A stretch of DNA of 64,000 bases from the human T2T-CHM13v2.0 reference genome, Homo sapiens: the NCBI RefSeq assembly GCF_009914755.1, contig NC_060934.1. One strand, 5' to 3'. Within the stretch, counting starts at the first letter, position 1. Every line of letters starts with the position of its first letter. The position numbers and the translations under genes were made by a program. Below, piece after piece: positions 16,821 through 38,703 of this stretch. Under the pieces are notes generated by a model. That model searched no databases and had not been told where the DNA came from. It was given only the letters and a program-made list of their open reading frames with translations.

Positions 16821-16871
16821 AGGCTGTAGCCAGTAGTCTGTTCGGGCAGTTCTTTTCTTTTCCTCTTCAAT
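16821..16871 (-). CDS. KIN: kin17 exon 9 (IEEEKKRTARTDYWLQP)
   Basis: ctacag acceptor, gtaagt donor, 51 nt. Confidence 0.96.
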
Positions 16872-17509
16872 CTGTAGAACACATAATGTCTTAAATTATC
16901 TCCCTAAAATCCTCATTGGATTTCAAAATACCATTCTATTTAGCAAAATAACACCATAAAACTGTGAAGTCCTCTACTTCACAGAAGACCAATGACATAA
17001 TTTGCGAGCTCTGATAAATACAAATAAACATTACTTGTCATTAGTTTTTGATTTAAAAAAAACTTCAGTTTTTAAAAGTATATAATAAAGCAAGTCAACT
17101 GACCTAGGAAGCAAACAGACACAACTCCTATTCAGCTGAAAGACCAGCCAGTACCTGCCCTCACCCACTTTCTCCCATGTGACTGTCAGGAGCTGGAAAA
17201 GAGGCCACGTTTTCATGCAGTAAAATCATAACACATGGATCAATGTAGCACAGTGTGGTTAAGTATACAGCCTGGTAGCAAACAGGGGGCTCCCTGTTTG
17301 AAAATGACAGTAAAGCTCATGAATGAAAGGGAAGAAAAATACCACCAAGAGATAAATGAGAGTGACCAAAGAAAAGAGAGCTGTGGGGCTGTATGGCGAA
17401 AATATCGAATCTTTTTCTTTCTCAACTGCTTACAGTTAACCCTAAGTACCAATTTTCAATGGGATCAAACAATGTAATAATCCCTTGGTTGATTCGAAAC
17501 CTAATTTTA

Positions 17510-19819
<2,310 letters not shown>

Positions 19820-19983
19820 TTAGGGGGGCTCCAACTCCAGTTCGGGGAACTGTATGTAGCTAGGTCACTATTCCCTAGTCCGTACATGATAATTTTCCTA
19901 ATTTTCTATTAATCTAATAAATGGTGAAATGATTTAATTTTCCTTGGGTTCTAAGGTGTCCACACGCAATCCATAAACTGTAC

Positions 19984-20113
19984 CTCCATGATTTCATCCA
20001 GTGCAGATTTCTTTTTCTTCTTTTCTTTAGACTGAGTTGAGCTCTGGGAAGATTCTTTTCGTTTCACTGATGCTGAACTTCCTATCGTCTTCAGTGCACT
20101 CGGTCCCAGAGTA
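19984..20113 (-). CDS. KIN: kin17 exon 8 (TLGPSALKTIGSSASVKRKESSQSSTQSKEKKKKKSALDEIME; basic NLS region)
   Basis: catcag acceptor, gtacag donor, 130 nt. Confidence 0.96.
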
Positions 20114-20270
20114 CTGATGAACAGGAGAACCATGCTTGTTACCAAGAACCATACACAGACGAATGCTTTACGATGTGCAAAATTCACAATATAGAATAAA
20201 TGTGTGACATAGTAATTTACAGGAGATTAGTGAAAACCATGGAGTCCCTGTCCACATCTCTTACAGAACC

Positions 20271-20372
20271 ATCAGCACTGTGTGAGCATTTAACCCGTGC
20301 TATCTTTAACTCTCTGTACCTATCAGCACTGTGTGAGCATTTAACCCATGCTGTCTTTAACTCTCTGTACCT
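20271..20372. repeat. 51-bp tandem duplication (2 mismatches)
   Basis: ATCAGCACTGTGTGAGCATTTAACCC(G/A)TGCT(A/G)TCTTTAACTCTCTGTACCT at 20271-20321 and 20322-20372. Confidence 0.95.
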
Positions 20373-20696
20373 TCTCCTCACTCCTTCGGTCACTGCTACT
20401 ATACTTTGTATAGTAGAATGATGGTAGGCAGCTTAGGTTTTGGTGTTGAGCAGATCAGGGTTTGAGGCTACTTCTATTAGGACTTGGAGTAGTTCACTTT
20501 CCTAAGCCTCAAATCTTCATCTATAAACGAAGATAATAACATGACCCAACTCTTAACCCAAATGCAAGAATTAAATGACATGTTTTCAAATGACCGGTTT
20601 AAGTCTAGCACGTTACTCTCAGTTCTGGTTTTGTAAAGCAAAGTTCTCAACGTGTTACTTAAAAGTTTTTAACTGCTCCCAACTGCCCAGAGTTAA

Positions 20697-21005
<309 letters not shown>

Positions 21006-22374
21006 TAAATTCTAAATTCTTTACTGCCAATATACAACTGTCACCATTGGCCCCAGAATACCATCCTAGTCACCATCCCTGACTTACTATGTACACCAGT
21101 CACTAAGAACAATTTGCTATTGACTGAGCCATGCCCTATGCTTTCAGCCTCTGAAAATTTGCACATGCCTTGTTTTATACCTAAAATAATCTCTCCTTTT
21201 ATCTCCATTTGTTAAAATTCTTTAAGGTCCATTCATGAGGGTTCTTGGATCTTGCAGTGTTTTGAACTGCCACAGTACCTTGTGGCATGCATCACACTGC
21301 ACCTTGTATGATAATCATTTGTATGTACGACTCCTCTCTTGTAGTAGGGAGGAAGCATCTATTTTTTCCTGCAAAGTAGCAGTAACTATCTTGTAACTCA
21401 CATTAAATAGATGCTCCATTAATACTGGCTGATCAAATGACTTTTACCCATCTAATTATTTAATGTGTCATATTTACAAAAGATGAAGCAAAGGATAAAT
21501 ATTTACACAAAGCTATCATGGAGCTAACCAAGAAAAAAATATATGATTAGTAGAGAATACAACAGATTTATTATTTTCCTTTATTTGGACTTTAAAAAGT
21601 GCATTTAAAGGTAGCCTTAGATTGATGAACTGCTGGGTTACTTTAAGCTTGAAGTCAACTAAAACCCCTACTTCTTTTCTCTATGGAGAATTGTAGGTAA
21701 GGACTCTGTCACTCTGTTTTTATGGGGGTTGTTTTTCTTTAGCTAACTGTCAGGCTTTCCATTTACCTTTGTAAAATTTTACTCACTGGGTTTTGACCTG
21801 TAATTCAACCCACTGAACATATATTTAAACTCTGGTTCTATTACTGAATGCATTGCCCAGGGTGTGACAGCTATAAATAATGGACATGGGTTTTGAACAG
21901 GCCAAATCCACGTAAGATAAGCTCCTCAACTTGCTACTTAAATGTTCTTTAGATTTAGGTGTACTTTGAACTAGGGATCCAGGGATAATTCAGATCATAA
22001 TCAACTACAATATGTCTACAAAATAGGCACTAATAACCCTAGCAAAAGAGGAGTTAGGATTAAGCAGTTATTTTTGGCTTGAGGGATCACCACTTCCTCG
22101 TCTCATGTTCACAAACCACCTACTTCCTATCATAATCTGTTGGAAATGCTTATTAATCTATTGTTTTCTAAAGACTTTTCTCCACTTAAAAAAATATATT
22201 TGCTTATTTTTCTGCCTTCTGACTCCTCTACCAATCTCCATGATACCTCAGAGGTTCTCAACAGTGAGTCCCCAAATATTAATACATCTATAAATTATTT
22301 CAGTATTTTGGTATTAATCTCAGCTTAGACACTTGAGTTTATTTAAGGCTATTATTTACTCTTCTTAAAACTCA

Positions 22375-22752
<378 letters not shown>

Positions 22753-23594
22753 TCAGAAGAGCCCAGCAAGATCTCAGGGTGATGTAAAGGGCATTCCAGG
22801 AAGGGGAGCAGCAGATGTAAAGGCAAGAAAGGGCGAGACCCTAGGCTCATTTAGGAAAGCACAAATCAATGAGCACAGCTGAGAGCAAACGGCAGGAGAC
22901 ATACAGGATCACAAAAGTCACTTAATAGTATGTAAAAAAATTCGAGGTCATCTTAGAGATGCTGAAACCAAGAGATGTTAATAAATGAGTGACACGGTAA
23001 GAGCTGAAGTTTAGAAAGGTCCTTTTGCTGGCAATATCAAGATTCTGTTAGAAGGGTGAGAGACTGAGACAGGGGTAAGGCAGAGTTAAAATAAAATCAA
23101 GGCAAGATATGAATATGAGCAGAATGAAAATGGAAAGTAAGGTTCCTTGAACAGCCCTCATTTTTGCTTTCAGTAACTAGAGTGAATTCTAGCCTTTCTC
23201 AAAGGAGATAAAGAAGCCCAAAGGAGAAATGGAGATGAAAATCAAGTAAACTGTTTCAAGCAATAAGGGGGCTCATTTTTGTGCCTCAACATAGCCTAAA
23301 ATGTCCACTTTGATATCCACATCATTTAGTTTTTCTAGGTTTTAGATATATAAGAGATATAAATGCACAGGAGAATGAATCCCAAACTATATTATGTACC
23401 ATAATTTCAGAGAAAAAACATTTTAGATGTCTTTCAATTGTATTACCCATGACACTACATTCTTATACAAATATTGTTCCTTATTCATGGACTCGGGTCA
23501 CAACATATTAACATAGATAACTTATCAAATAAATTATCAAAATTGGTCAAATAAAACTAATATTTTTGCTAATATCAAGGTTTGGCATAGGGGT

Positions 23595-24100
23595 ACAGCA
23601 GGCTGTATAGACCCCCAAAAATGTCAGGTCCTTATCCCTGAAACCTATCAATGTTACATTATCTAAGAAAAGAGTCTTTGCAAATGAGAGTAAGTTAAAG
23701 ATCTTGAGATGAGGAGCTTGGCCTGGATTATCAAGGTGGACCCTAACTACAATCATCCCTTTTCTTGTAAGAGCAAGGTGGAGGGAGATTTGACACCTGG
23801 AGGAAAAGGTGATGTGAGGATGGGGCAAAGAGACATTTGAAGATGCTCGTCTTAAATACTGGAGAGATGCAACCATGAGCCAAGTAACGCCTGCGGCCAA
23901 CAGAGCTGGAAAAGGCAAGGGACAGATTCTTCCCCGGAGCTCAGATTCTTCCCCAGAGCACAGCCAGCAGGCTCCTTGATTTCAAGCCAGTGATACTGAT
24001 TCAGAATCTGGCCTCTAGAATATGACCTCAACATATTTCTGTTGTTTTAAGCCACCCAGTTTGTGGTAATCTGTTACAGCGACCATAGAAAACTAATACA
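23595..24100 (+). mobile_element. MaLR LTR (MLT1-like)
   Basis: GGATTATCAAGGTGGACCCTAA...TTTCTGTTGTTTTAAGCCACCCAGTTTGTGGTAATCTGTTACAGC...AAACTAATACA. Confidence 0.8.
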
Positions 24101-24734
24101 AGGGAGGTCAATTGGGGAACACTGGAACCAATTTTAACATCCATCTACATCTAGGAATAACACATACTTCAAAAGAACAGACAGAAATGCATAAAGTTCT
24201 AAAAGTATAAGGCATGTGTGTTATATTTGAGCCGATCTTCCAGGTCATATCATGCCAATGTTAGACAATTCTTCTGGAATGTACCCAGATGTAGAACCCA
24301 AATAACCAACTTCTTGATGATATCTAATGTAGGTGTTAATTTTGAAACATTATTTTGATCAAAGTTAAGACATCTGGCAAATCATTTTAAAGTTGATCTA
24401 TATTGCTGATTCAGCCTACCTATCTCCTTCCATACTCCTAGCCACTTATTCAATAGTGTAAATAAACAATGACCTACAAACAAACCCGAAAAACTTAGAT
24501 CTTAAAAAAACATGTAAAGTACTAAGTAAAATAGAAAATATCATCTGGCTTAAAAGCAAATTCCAGTAGATACTGGTACTTGACTCTCTTGTCTTACTCA
24601 TCTTTTTTAACCTCCATAACAAAACTGAATGTACTGCATGTCAGAAATAGTGAATAAAGATTTGGTGAAAGAATACATAAAAATTGCAAGAGAAGATAAT
24701 GTAGAAAGTAGGTAGAACTACCTGACCACATGCT

Positions 24735-24960
24735 ATGCCAGGTTTTGGCAAACGACAGCCTAAGGGCCAAATGCCAGCTGCCACCGGCTTTTGTAAATAA
24801 ATGTACTGGAACCCAGCCATGCTCAGTTCCTTCCTGCACTGTCCATGGCTGCCTTCTCACTACAACAGCAGAGTTCAGTTATTGTGACAAAGACATCTGG
24901 CCGAAAAGCCTAAAATATTTACTATGTGGCTCTTTACAGAAAAAGTTTGCTGACCCCTGC
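24735..24960 (+). mobile_element. MER58A-like hAT DNA transposon
   Basis: CAGGTTTTGGCAAAC...CTTTACAGAAAAAGTTTGCTGACCCCTG. Confidence 0.75.
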
Positions 24961-25595
24961 CCTGTGCTAGACTACCTAGAAGGGCGGGCAATGACTACTG
25001 AGTGTTTCCTGGTGTATTTACACTGTACTGGGGACGAAGGAGAGAGGTTGATAATCTCTATTCTCAGAAAACTCACAATGCAGCAAGTAAAAGAAAAATG
25101 CATATCCAGCTAACATTTAAACTGTGACAAGTGGGCTAAGACAGGAAAAGAAACAGTTTTACATAGCGAATAAGGAACCGTTAAATGGAGAAGGATTCAT
25201 GGAGAAGCAAAAGTTTATTGATGTGAAACATATAATCAAAATGAGGCTTTCCTCAAAAAACACAATCATCTCATAACAGGCAAATAGGAAAAGAACAGTT
25301 GCTAGCTGGGCACAGTAGGGCGTGCCTGTAATCCCAGCTATTCATACCTGGGAGGCTGAGGCAGGAAGATCACCTTGAGCCCAGGAGTTCGAGGCCAGCC
25401 TGGGCAACATAGCAAGACCCCATCTCTTAAAAAAAAAAAAAGAACAATTGCTAAAAAAACAACGCAACCAATAAAAACCAAAAACAGGTGAAAACTACAA
25501 CTAGAAAAAAATGATTCACAATACTTTAAAATACAGTAACCAATATTTCACAAAAATCCTAATGTTTTAAGATATCCATGAATGATGCAGCTCAC

Positions 25596-25656
25596 CTTGA
25601 CTTGGAAGATGTTGCTCCGGATGAGCTACATGCTCCTTTACTCAAATTAAACGTGA
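25596..25656 (-). CDS. KIN: kin17 exon 7 (TFNLSKGACSSSGATSSKS)
   Basis: ttctag acceptor, gtgagc donor, 61 nt. Confidence 0.95.
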
Positions 25657-26515
25657 CTAGAAGAAAAAAATGTTATTCCATACATACATTTCAAGAAAAT
25701 CATAATAAAACTTCTCAGATAAGATACTACAAAGTGTTCACAGAGGAACTCCAGGACATTTTCAATAAACGAGAGCTAAAATGTTCCTATACGGAGACCA
25801 CACATTCCTGTAAAACGTCCCACACTGAAAGCCATAGAACAGGAGGAACTTGCACACCGTGTCACCGTGGCAGACCACACCGGCGCTTCCCTGCTCTATC
25901 CCCATTTCCCCTGGGGAACAGTACTCCAATTCTGTTTAGGTCTCCACGCCTCTTGCCTGTGGCTCAGGGGACATAACACCATTTTCATCTCTGGGGTGAA
26001 TTCTGATTGTCTAATCCAATCAACATAATCCCAGTGACTGCTTTTTGAGTGGACATGTGACACAGTTCTGGCCAATGACATTTGAAAGGAAATCTATTGA
26101 AGGGAGGAGTGTCTTCTTGGAAAAGTATCCTTGCTCCTAACAAGATTCTAGAAGAGCATCCAGAGATGCTCTCTGCCATCCTCACGACAATGCAGAATCT
26201 GCATGTGACGGCTGGAGTGTTGGCAGCTACCCTGTGTCTAGATGGCATGCAGAACCACCTTACCTCTGGGATTCTTATTATGGCAAGATATTTCCTTATT
26301 GTTTAAGTTAATTGTAGTCAGTTTTGTTACTTGTGGCTTCAGCTATCCTATCCAATCAATTCATTAGTATTACCTTTTCATTAAATTAATAAGAACAATG
26401 TAACTCAGACACATTCGATGTCTTATTCTCAGATATGTTGACAAGTTGCATTTTTAACAAAGCCAATATAAAAGCATCTATGTTTAAAAAAAGAAAAAAT
26501 AAAAAATAAAACTAC

Positions 26516-26564
26516 CTTTCTCTTCATCATTTTCTCTGCTTAATTCCGTAAAAGTAGGGACCTC
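26516..26564 (-). CDS. KIN: kin17 exon 6 (EVPTFTELSRENDEEK)
   Basis: tttag acceptor, gtagtt donor, 49 nt. Confidence 0.95.
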
Positions 26565-26711
26565 CTAAAAAAAAGAAAGTTTTAAGGTTTTGGTGTACAT
26601 TGCACTTACTATCACCATTCAATAGGCCTAAATTATGACTTGCTACCTGTGTTCCCAGGCAGCTCTAATACGCAAGTGATTAAGATCCTAATTAAGAAAT
26701 TACATGCTTTC

Positions 26712-27840
<1,129 letters not shown>

Positions 27841-28377
27841 TAGAACTTACATGCTTTGCAAATATTATCCAATTGAGAATTATTCTAAATACCAAAAAGC
27901 AGCTTTTCTATGCCAAACTGCAGAAGTTTACCTATATTTTTATTTCTATTACAACTTAAACAGGAAGTAACAAAAATATAAGGCAATAAACTTTAGGAAA
28001 AGCAAAAGCTTTTTTTTTTTTAAGTCTGTTCAAGAACAGACTAAACTAATGAATAATCAATCGTGGTATACTGGAACAATGGTTTTGTCTGGGAGATGGG
28101 GTATTAATTGGCAACGAGCATGAGGAAACCCTCTGGGATACTAGAAAAGTTCTATATCTTTATCTGGGTGGTGGTTCCACAGGTTTTCTGTCACTCTTTC
28201 TACACACGTATATTTGTAAAAGTTCAGTGAACTGTACACCTAAGATTAATGCACCTCATACACTTTAATCAATGTATGTTAAAGCTCAATAACCAGTTCA
28301 AAAAACACTCAGTTTCACATACACACCAGGCTATATTTGCCTGCTCACACACAAGTGTTAGAATGTAAGCCACAGGA

Positions 28378-28716
<339 letters not shown>

Positions 28717-29220
28717 TCACTGAGTATTCCCTGTGCCTACAAGAATCCTGGCACAGCGGAGGCGCTTATAAATATATGTTGAAATAAATGCCCCAACCTA
28801 GTTATTCTAACACCTCAGCTCCTTCCCTCCCCATTCATCTGGCTTGCACCCACTGATTCTTCAAGACTCCTGGGCACTGGGGTTGTATCCACCCTCAAAT
28901 ACTCTGTCCTCCCCAGGCCAGAGTAAACATTGCTTCTCTATGTTTCCACATGCTGCATTTACCTCCAGTACTGAATTAATTATAATCAGTTGAAATTATC
29001 TGTGTATATGTCTTCCCATTAGGTAGCGTCTCTATTTAGATATAAGGAAATTGAGGTTTGGAAATATTATGCAATTATACAAGATTATGAAGTTAGTATG
29101 TCAGGAATCAAACCAAGGTTTGTCAATGCCAAAAATGTGCTTTTGACACCAGGCTGGTTCTCCTCTTAGTTCAGGAACAGTGCCCACAGAACTTGATTCA
29201 ACGCTGAAAAAACACAAGCT

Positions 29221-29787
<567 letters not shown>

Positions 29788-29893
29788 CTTAAAAAAACAG
29801 CCACTGCCATATATTAGCATACAATCAAAGCAAAACATAAATATGAATGTGTTTCACCTCTGCATATTTATTCATTCAAACACACGCAAATCA

Positions 29894-30215
<322 letters not shown>

Positions 30216-30823
30216 TCAAATACACAAATTCATGCAGCAAATGGGATTTTCCATATTTATATTTAATGAAATTTAGATACTGTATGTGAATTCAACCAAC
30301 CGTGGGTGAGAAATATTCAAAAAAAGAAAAACGGATGGTTGCATCTGTACTGAACATGCACAGACATTTTTTCCTTCCCATTTTTCCCTAACAATAGAGT
30401 ATAAAAACTATTTACATTGTATTAAATATTATAAGAAATCTCGAGATGATTTAAAGTATGTGGGAGGATGTATATAGGTTACATGCAAGTGCTACATCAT
30501 TTTATTTTATATAAGGGACTTGAGTATCTGTGAATTTTGGTTATCAGCAAGGGGTCCTGGACCCAATCCCCCACGGATACTGAGAGACAACTGTATTACC
30601 TTGCATAGTATTTATTCAGTTCTATCTAAGTATTTAATGTCCAACAGTTATATGATGTTCTATTAACTTAAGGCAGAAATTATGCTCCCAAAATGGAATC
30701 AACTAACACGATGAAAAAGCAAAACACTGACCCAATTTTTTTTCTCTTTTCTTATCCCAAACATCTCATCCTATGAAGATTAGAAGTGGGAAAGAAAAAG
30801 CAACTTTAAAATCTCATTCTTAC

Positions 30824-30946
30824 CTTCTCTGCCCAGCCACTTAGTAAAATCAGTCAGAGTTTCCCACTGAGTGGCATTCATGTGGATGTGCTCTCGGTGG
30901 CTGATGTATTCGTTGTAGACAATGTTGTTGTGGACCCTTTTAGTGC
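30824..30946 (-). CDS. KIN: kin17 exon 4 (TKRVHNNIVYNEYISHREHIHMNATQWETLTDFTKWLGRE; winged-helix domain)
   Basis: ctcag acceptor, gtaaga donor, 123 nt. Confidence 0.96.
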
Positions 30947-31031
30947 CTGAGAACAAAATATGACACTGATGATCATCAGAAGATTATGCCATTTATAAAG
31001 CTGTTATTTGCACAATATTTAAAATGTTTAC

Positions 31032-31075
31032 CAAAGCGTCTCCTGAGAAGTTCTAGAAAGTCATTTCGGAATTCC
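31032..31075 (-). CDS. KIN: kin17 exon 3 (EFRNDFLELLRRRF)
   Basis: attag acceptor, gtaaac donor, 44 nt; 85-nt intron to exon 4. Confidence 0.96.
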
Positions 31076-31157
31076 CTAATAAAGAAAGAAAGGAAAGCAT
31101 TAAGGTAATTTCTACAAACATATAGCATCATCTTTTTGAAATTTAAGCAGTAGTACA

Positions 31158-31468
<311 letters not shown>

Positions 31469-32210
31469 AGTAGTATAGTTTTAATGTCCAAATGATATGT
31501 GAAACATCTACATGAATATGGCTATGAACCTTTAAAAACTGATCAAGGAAAGAACTCCAAAATATTATAGCTTTTAAGGATTAAGTTAAAAGTCAGTTGG
31601 GAGTTGAAATTTTTTGTCTTGGTAAAGCAGTCATAGAAACAGTTACCACATACCTTTGGAATGGGTCCTTCATGAAGTCTGTTAGTGCCACTGATGGTGG
31701 CATAATGACCCCAGTCTATCTATGACAACAAAACTGCCCTGATTCCACATGAAATTGGCACTTAATATGTCCCTCTGAGCTGGGTACACCGTATTAAGTG
31801 CTAGATAAACGTGGGTGAATAAGACATAAATCTTAACCTTCAAGGAGGTTACAATCTAGCATAACCAATCATAACAAAAGTTAAACTGAAGAAGAAGTGT
31901 AACAAAATACCATTGAAAGAGTCACAGGAGATGCCCAGAGGTGATTTCATTGTGGTCAGTGAAGGATAAGTAGAACCCTAGAGGTGAACTGCAAGAGAAA
32001 GCTATTTCCAGCTGGCACAGAAACATGAAAGCCTCACAGATCTGAGAAATGGCCTAATTTGACTAAAATTTATGGCTGATAAAAATGAGAGTGAGAGTGA
32101 GGGTAGAGTAGAATAAGGGAGACGAGGTGGCTGGGAAACCAAAATAAGGTTTGGCTAATTTTTGAAGTACCCCGAATGTCATGCGAAAGAGGCTGAGTTT
32201 TGTGCAGTCA

Positions 32211-32853
<643 letters not shown>

Positions 32854-33166
32854 TTATAAACCAATTTTTTTAAAAAACTTGTTTTTATTTCCATGTGTTG
32901 ATACATCTAACCCACATAAACAGAAGTTCTTGGGGTCTTCAATATTTTTTAAAAGTATAAAGGGGTCCTAGGACCAAAATGTCTAGAAGTTTGGAAAGAA
33001 AGAGATGGTAAGAAGCAAAGAAATGTTTATTAATGGTAATGATAAGAACAGCTAATCTGAATTGAATATAGGCACTCTTCTAAGCACTCATAAAGTGTTA
33101 ATTCATTGACCTTCATATAAACTCTATGAAGGATCAGCAATACTTAGAAGAGGTTGCTATTTTTAG

Positions 33167-33465
<299 letters not shown>

Positions 33466-33850
33466 TTCTTAGTGCCATTTTAGAGATGAGGAGAATAAAC
33501 CACAGAAAAACTTAAGTAGGTCATCCAAAGGCATACAGTTTTTAAATGGAGAAGGATTTGAATTTGGGAAGTCTGAATGCAGAACCTATGTTCTTTGTCA
33601 CAATTGTATTAGAATGAAAGACAGTTTTGTATATCTGAAGTGGAAGAAAGGAAAAACTAAGTTGTGAGAAATAATTTTGTAACAGTTTTATACTATGATT
33701 AATTTTCAAAAGAAGATAAAAACTGAGCATAGAGAGAATACAGTTAACATATAAGAAATAATAGAACTTCCAATATTTAAAATATTAACCATCTATTAAA
33801 TGTTCAACTGAATAAAGCCTATAAGATAAAGAGTTCTTTGAGTTACTTAC

Positions 33851-33945
33851 TCTGAAAAATAATCCATAAACTGCTGAGGATTTTCTGAAGCCAGCAATAG
33901 TTGTCTCTGATGAGATTCGGACATACAATGACACTTAAAGCCATT
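33851..33945 (-). CDS. KIN: kin17 exon 2 (NGFKCHCMSESHQRQLLLASENPQQFMDYFS; second half of C2H2 zinc finger)
   Basis: ttgtag acceptor, gtaagt donor, 95 nt. Confidence 0.96.
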
Positions 33946-35070
33946 CTACAAAAAATGTAAAAGCAATAAATTCTGATTTAGGTCATCAAAATGGGCTCTA
34001 AATAGAAGTATTTAGTTAAAACCCAAAAAATCTGCTCTTTGATGATAAATTAAAATATAATCAAATCATTAGCTGTAACTACTCTATCAGGTTTTCAAAA
34101 AAAATTTTTATAGAGTTGAGCTTTCAACTCTGCTAATCAAAGAATAATCCTTGAGATCAAAGAGACAGCAAAAGAGTGTTGTAGAAAACAGACATTAATA
34201 AGAAACATACCAGGCACAGAAACAGAAGAGAGATTCCATTTTTTAGACTTAAGTTAATCAATTCTCATTGAGCACATACTTTATACAAAGTGTCAGACAA
34301 GTGCTCAAAGGAGTAAAATGGGTCATTAGTGAATTTCCACCACAGAAACTACTTTCGCTCACTTTCCTCTACTTCAGCTCATTATCCAAAATACATTGCT
34401 GCATATTATATTAACCTTGTTAAACATATTAAATCTGTACCTTCTTAAAATGACAGGAAAAAAACATACAAGTTTTGACTTAGTATACCTCTCCTTAATA
34501 TTTGACCCTCATTCTTCACTAGTAATAGAAACAAAAAATGTGCCTTTCTTGTATTCCCTATCTCTATCTGAAGCACAAGCACCCAAGCCATGAAACCAGA
34601 CAACATCCTAGATTCCTTCTTCTCTTTCTACCTCCAATTTAATAGGAAGTCTATTCAGCTTCTTAATAACCCATATTCAGTCCCTCTGATCAATCTCACT
34701 GACACCGTCCAGATTTCCACACTCGATTTTGCTTCAAATAGTTTCCTAATCTTTAGATCATGGACCTCTTACACAATTTTTGCCTCATCTGTGCCCTATA
34801 AGAATCATAGTTATTATTTAAATTTATTTTTAAAAGAAACTTGGTATCAGCCTCATAAATAAACAGTATCACTTTCCATATATTAAAAAATAAAATAAAA
34901 TGAACAAACAATACAGTTACTAAATCCTAGAAACCCAGCAGTAGATTGGGGGGATACCCTGGCTCTGACCTTCATTCTCTTCAGCCTTCCAGTATCAGGA
35001 GATTACAGAAAAGAATTAATCCTTTACTCCTTTCCCAAAAAAATTGCATCTCAGTATAACATTTAAGGAT

Positions 35071-36629
<1,559 letters not shown>

Positions 36630-37214
36630 CTAAATTCAGAATATAGAGAAAATTAAATTTAGAGAAAACTAAAAGTCCTAATAACTCAGAGCACAGAGGA
36701 CTTTTTGGGCAGTTAAACTATTTTGTGAGATTTTATAATGGTGAATACGTATCATTATGCATTTGTCAAAACCCATAGGATGTACAACACCAAGAGTGAA
36801 CCCTAATGTAAACTATGGATTCTGGATGATACTGATGTGTCAATGTAGTTTCATCCATGGTAACAAATATAACACCTCGTTGCAGGATGTTGATGATGAG
36901 GGAGACTGGAGAGGGGAGCGGGGATCCTAATAACCAAACCTATAACAGTCTATTGCTTTTGATCGAATCTTGATTTCAAGGAGCAGTTGGAGGACAACTG
37001 AGGAAGTGTGAATGTGTATTAGATGATAAAGAGGAACTTCTATTAATTGTGTTATGTTGATGACATATACTATGGTTATATAGAAAAGTATCCTGAAATT
37101 TTAGAGATGCCTATTTAAGTATTTAAAGGTGAAATATCCTGATATTGGTATTTACCTTAAAATATTTTTTAAAAAGTAAATACGGCAAAATTACTTAAAG
37201 TGTTAAGTCTGGGT

Positions 37215-37592
37215 GTTACAGACTGCATGTCTGCGTCCCCTCAAAGTTCATATATTGAACCCTAACCCCCAAGGGAATGGAATTAAAAGGTGGGCCTTTG
37301 GAGATGACTGGATTTAGATGAGGTCACAAGGGTAGAGCCTGCATGATGAACAGGGTGGGACCGTATCTCAAAAAAAAAAAGAGGAAGAGAAGTTTCTATT
37401 AGAGCTTGCTCTATCTGCTTTGTGAGGATAGAGGCAGTTTCGCAAACCAAGAAGAGGACCCTCACTAGAATCTGACCATGCCAGCACCTTGATCTTGAAC
37501 TTCCCAGCCTCCAGAACTGTGAGAAATAAATTTCTGTCATTTAAACCACCCAGTCTACTGCACTTTATATGGCAGTCCAAGCAGACTAAGAC
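37215..37592 (+). mobile_element. MaLR LTR (MLT1A/MST-like)
   Basis: CACCTTGATCTTGAACTTCCCAGCCTCCAGAACTGTGAGAAATAAATTTCTG...GACTAAGACA. Confidence 0.8.
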
Positions 37593-38589
37593 ATTAGATA
37601 ATGCATATACAGGTATTCCTTAATAGAACTAAAGAGAGTAACTGTATCAATATTAGTATGAGTCCTACCTAAAATACCTCTTCCTTCACTTGCAGAAACA
37701 CTGGATTAGATTATTCCAATTGCCTCAGTGTTCTTCCACCCTTACCCAATCCAGTCCAATCTCCGGAGAAAAATATGATCACATCACTAGCCTGCACAGC
37801 ATTCAATCAACCACCTCTTTAATGGGGAAAAGTGTAAATTCCACAGTGTAGCCATATAAGGCTTTTCGAGATCTGCCCAGACTCCTTGAGCCACTCTATA
37901 TATACTTCACTCATTTAAAACTCAGCGACAATCCTACAAGTAGGTGAAATTATTATTCCCTCTTTACAGATAAGTAAAGGGGAATATAAGTAAATAACTT
38001 GCCCAAGACCACACGGTTGGTAAGTGGCCCTGCTTGACTTTAAATTTTGACAGTCTGATATATCCATAAACCAGATAAATCCATAATTTTAACCACAATA
38101 TTATTCTGTGCCCGGTACAGTGTAGGTGCTCAATAAATGCTTGCTAGATGAGTAGTGTGGAAGAGCTTAGCTCTCCTTTTTCACCTGATCCCAAAAGAGG
38201 AGTGAATCCTAACCACCCTGTTTCTCTTAAGAGTCAAGTCAAGTCAGAGCTGATGACTGTTACTGGCATTGCCCGGGCGTCTAGTATTGCAGTATCCCCG
38301 CCCCTGTGAGGGGTGCAAAACCTTTTCTGATTTCATTTCTTTGGTGGTGGGGATCGGACTGGGGAGGAATGAGGGGTCGCAGAACACAGGCTGCCCGCTG
38401 GGCCCGGGGGCTGCGGGGAGGGACGGCTCTCGTGCGCTGAGTAGTTGACTCGCCCACTGCAGACCTCAGAAGCCTCACGACCCGGACCCCGGGAGCCCCA
38501 GCCCCGCGCCCTCAGCCCCGCGTCCAGGACCTGATCCTGGATTGCCAGGGGCCCTCCTGGGAAGACGGGGCCACTCCGGGCCCACTCAC

Positions 38590-38703
38590 CTCGTCCCGGC
38601 ACTGCTTCTGGCACATCTGGCAATACCAGCGTAGCTTCTGCAGCCCCTTGGACTTGATCCTGTTGGCGATAGCCTTGGGAGTAAGAAAATCCGACTTCCC
38701 CAT
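38590..38703 (-). CDS. KIN: DNA/RNA-binding protein kin17 exon 1 (MGKSDFLTPKAIANRIKSKGLQKLRWYCQMCQKQCRDE)
   Basis: gccATGg Kozak, gtgagt donor, 114 nt; 13 exons join to 393 aa. Confidence 0.97.

Noticed and set aside
25578-25976. 132-aa + strand ORF antisense to KIN exon 7
   Set aside because: No recognisable homology or splice/promoter support; runs into an LTR relic.
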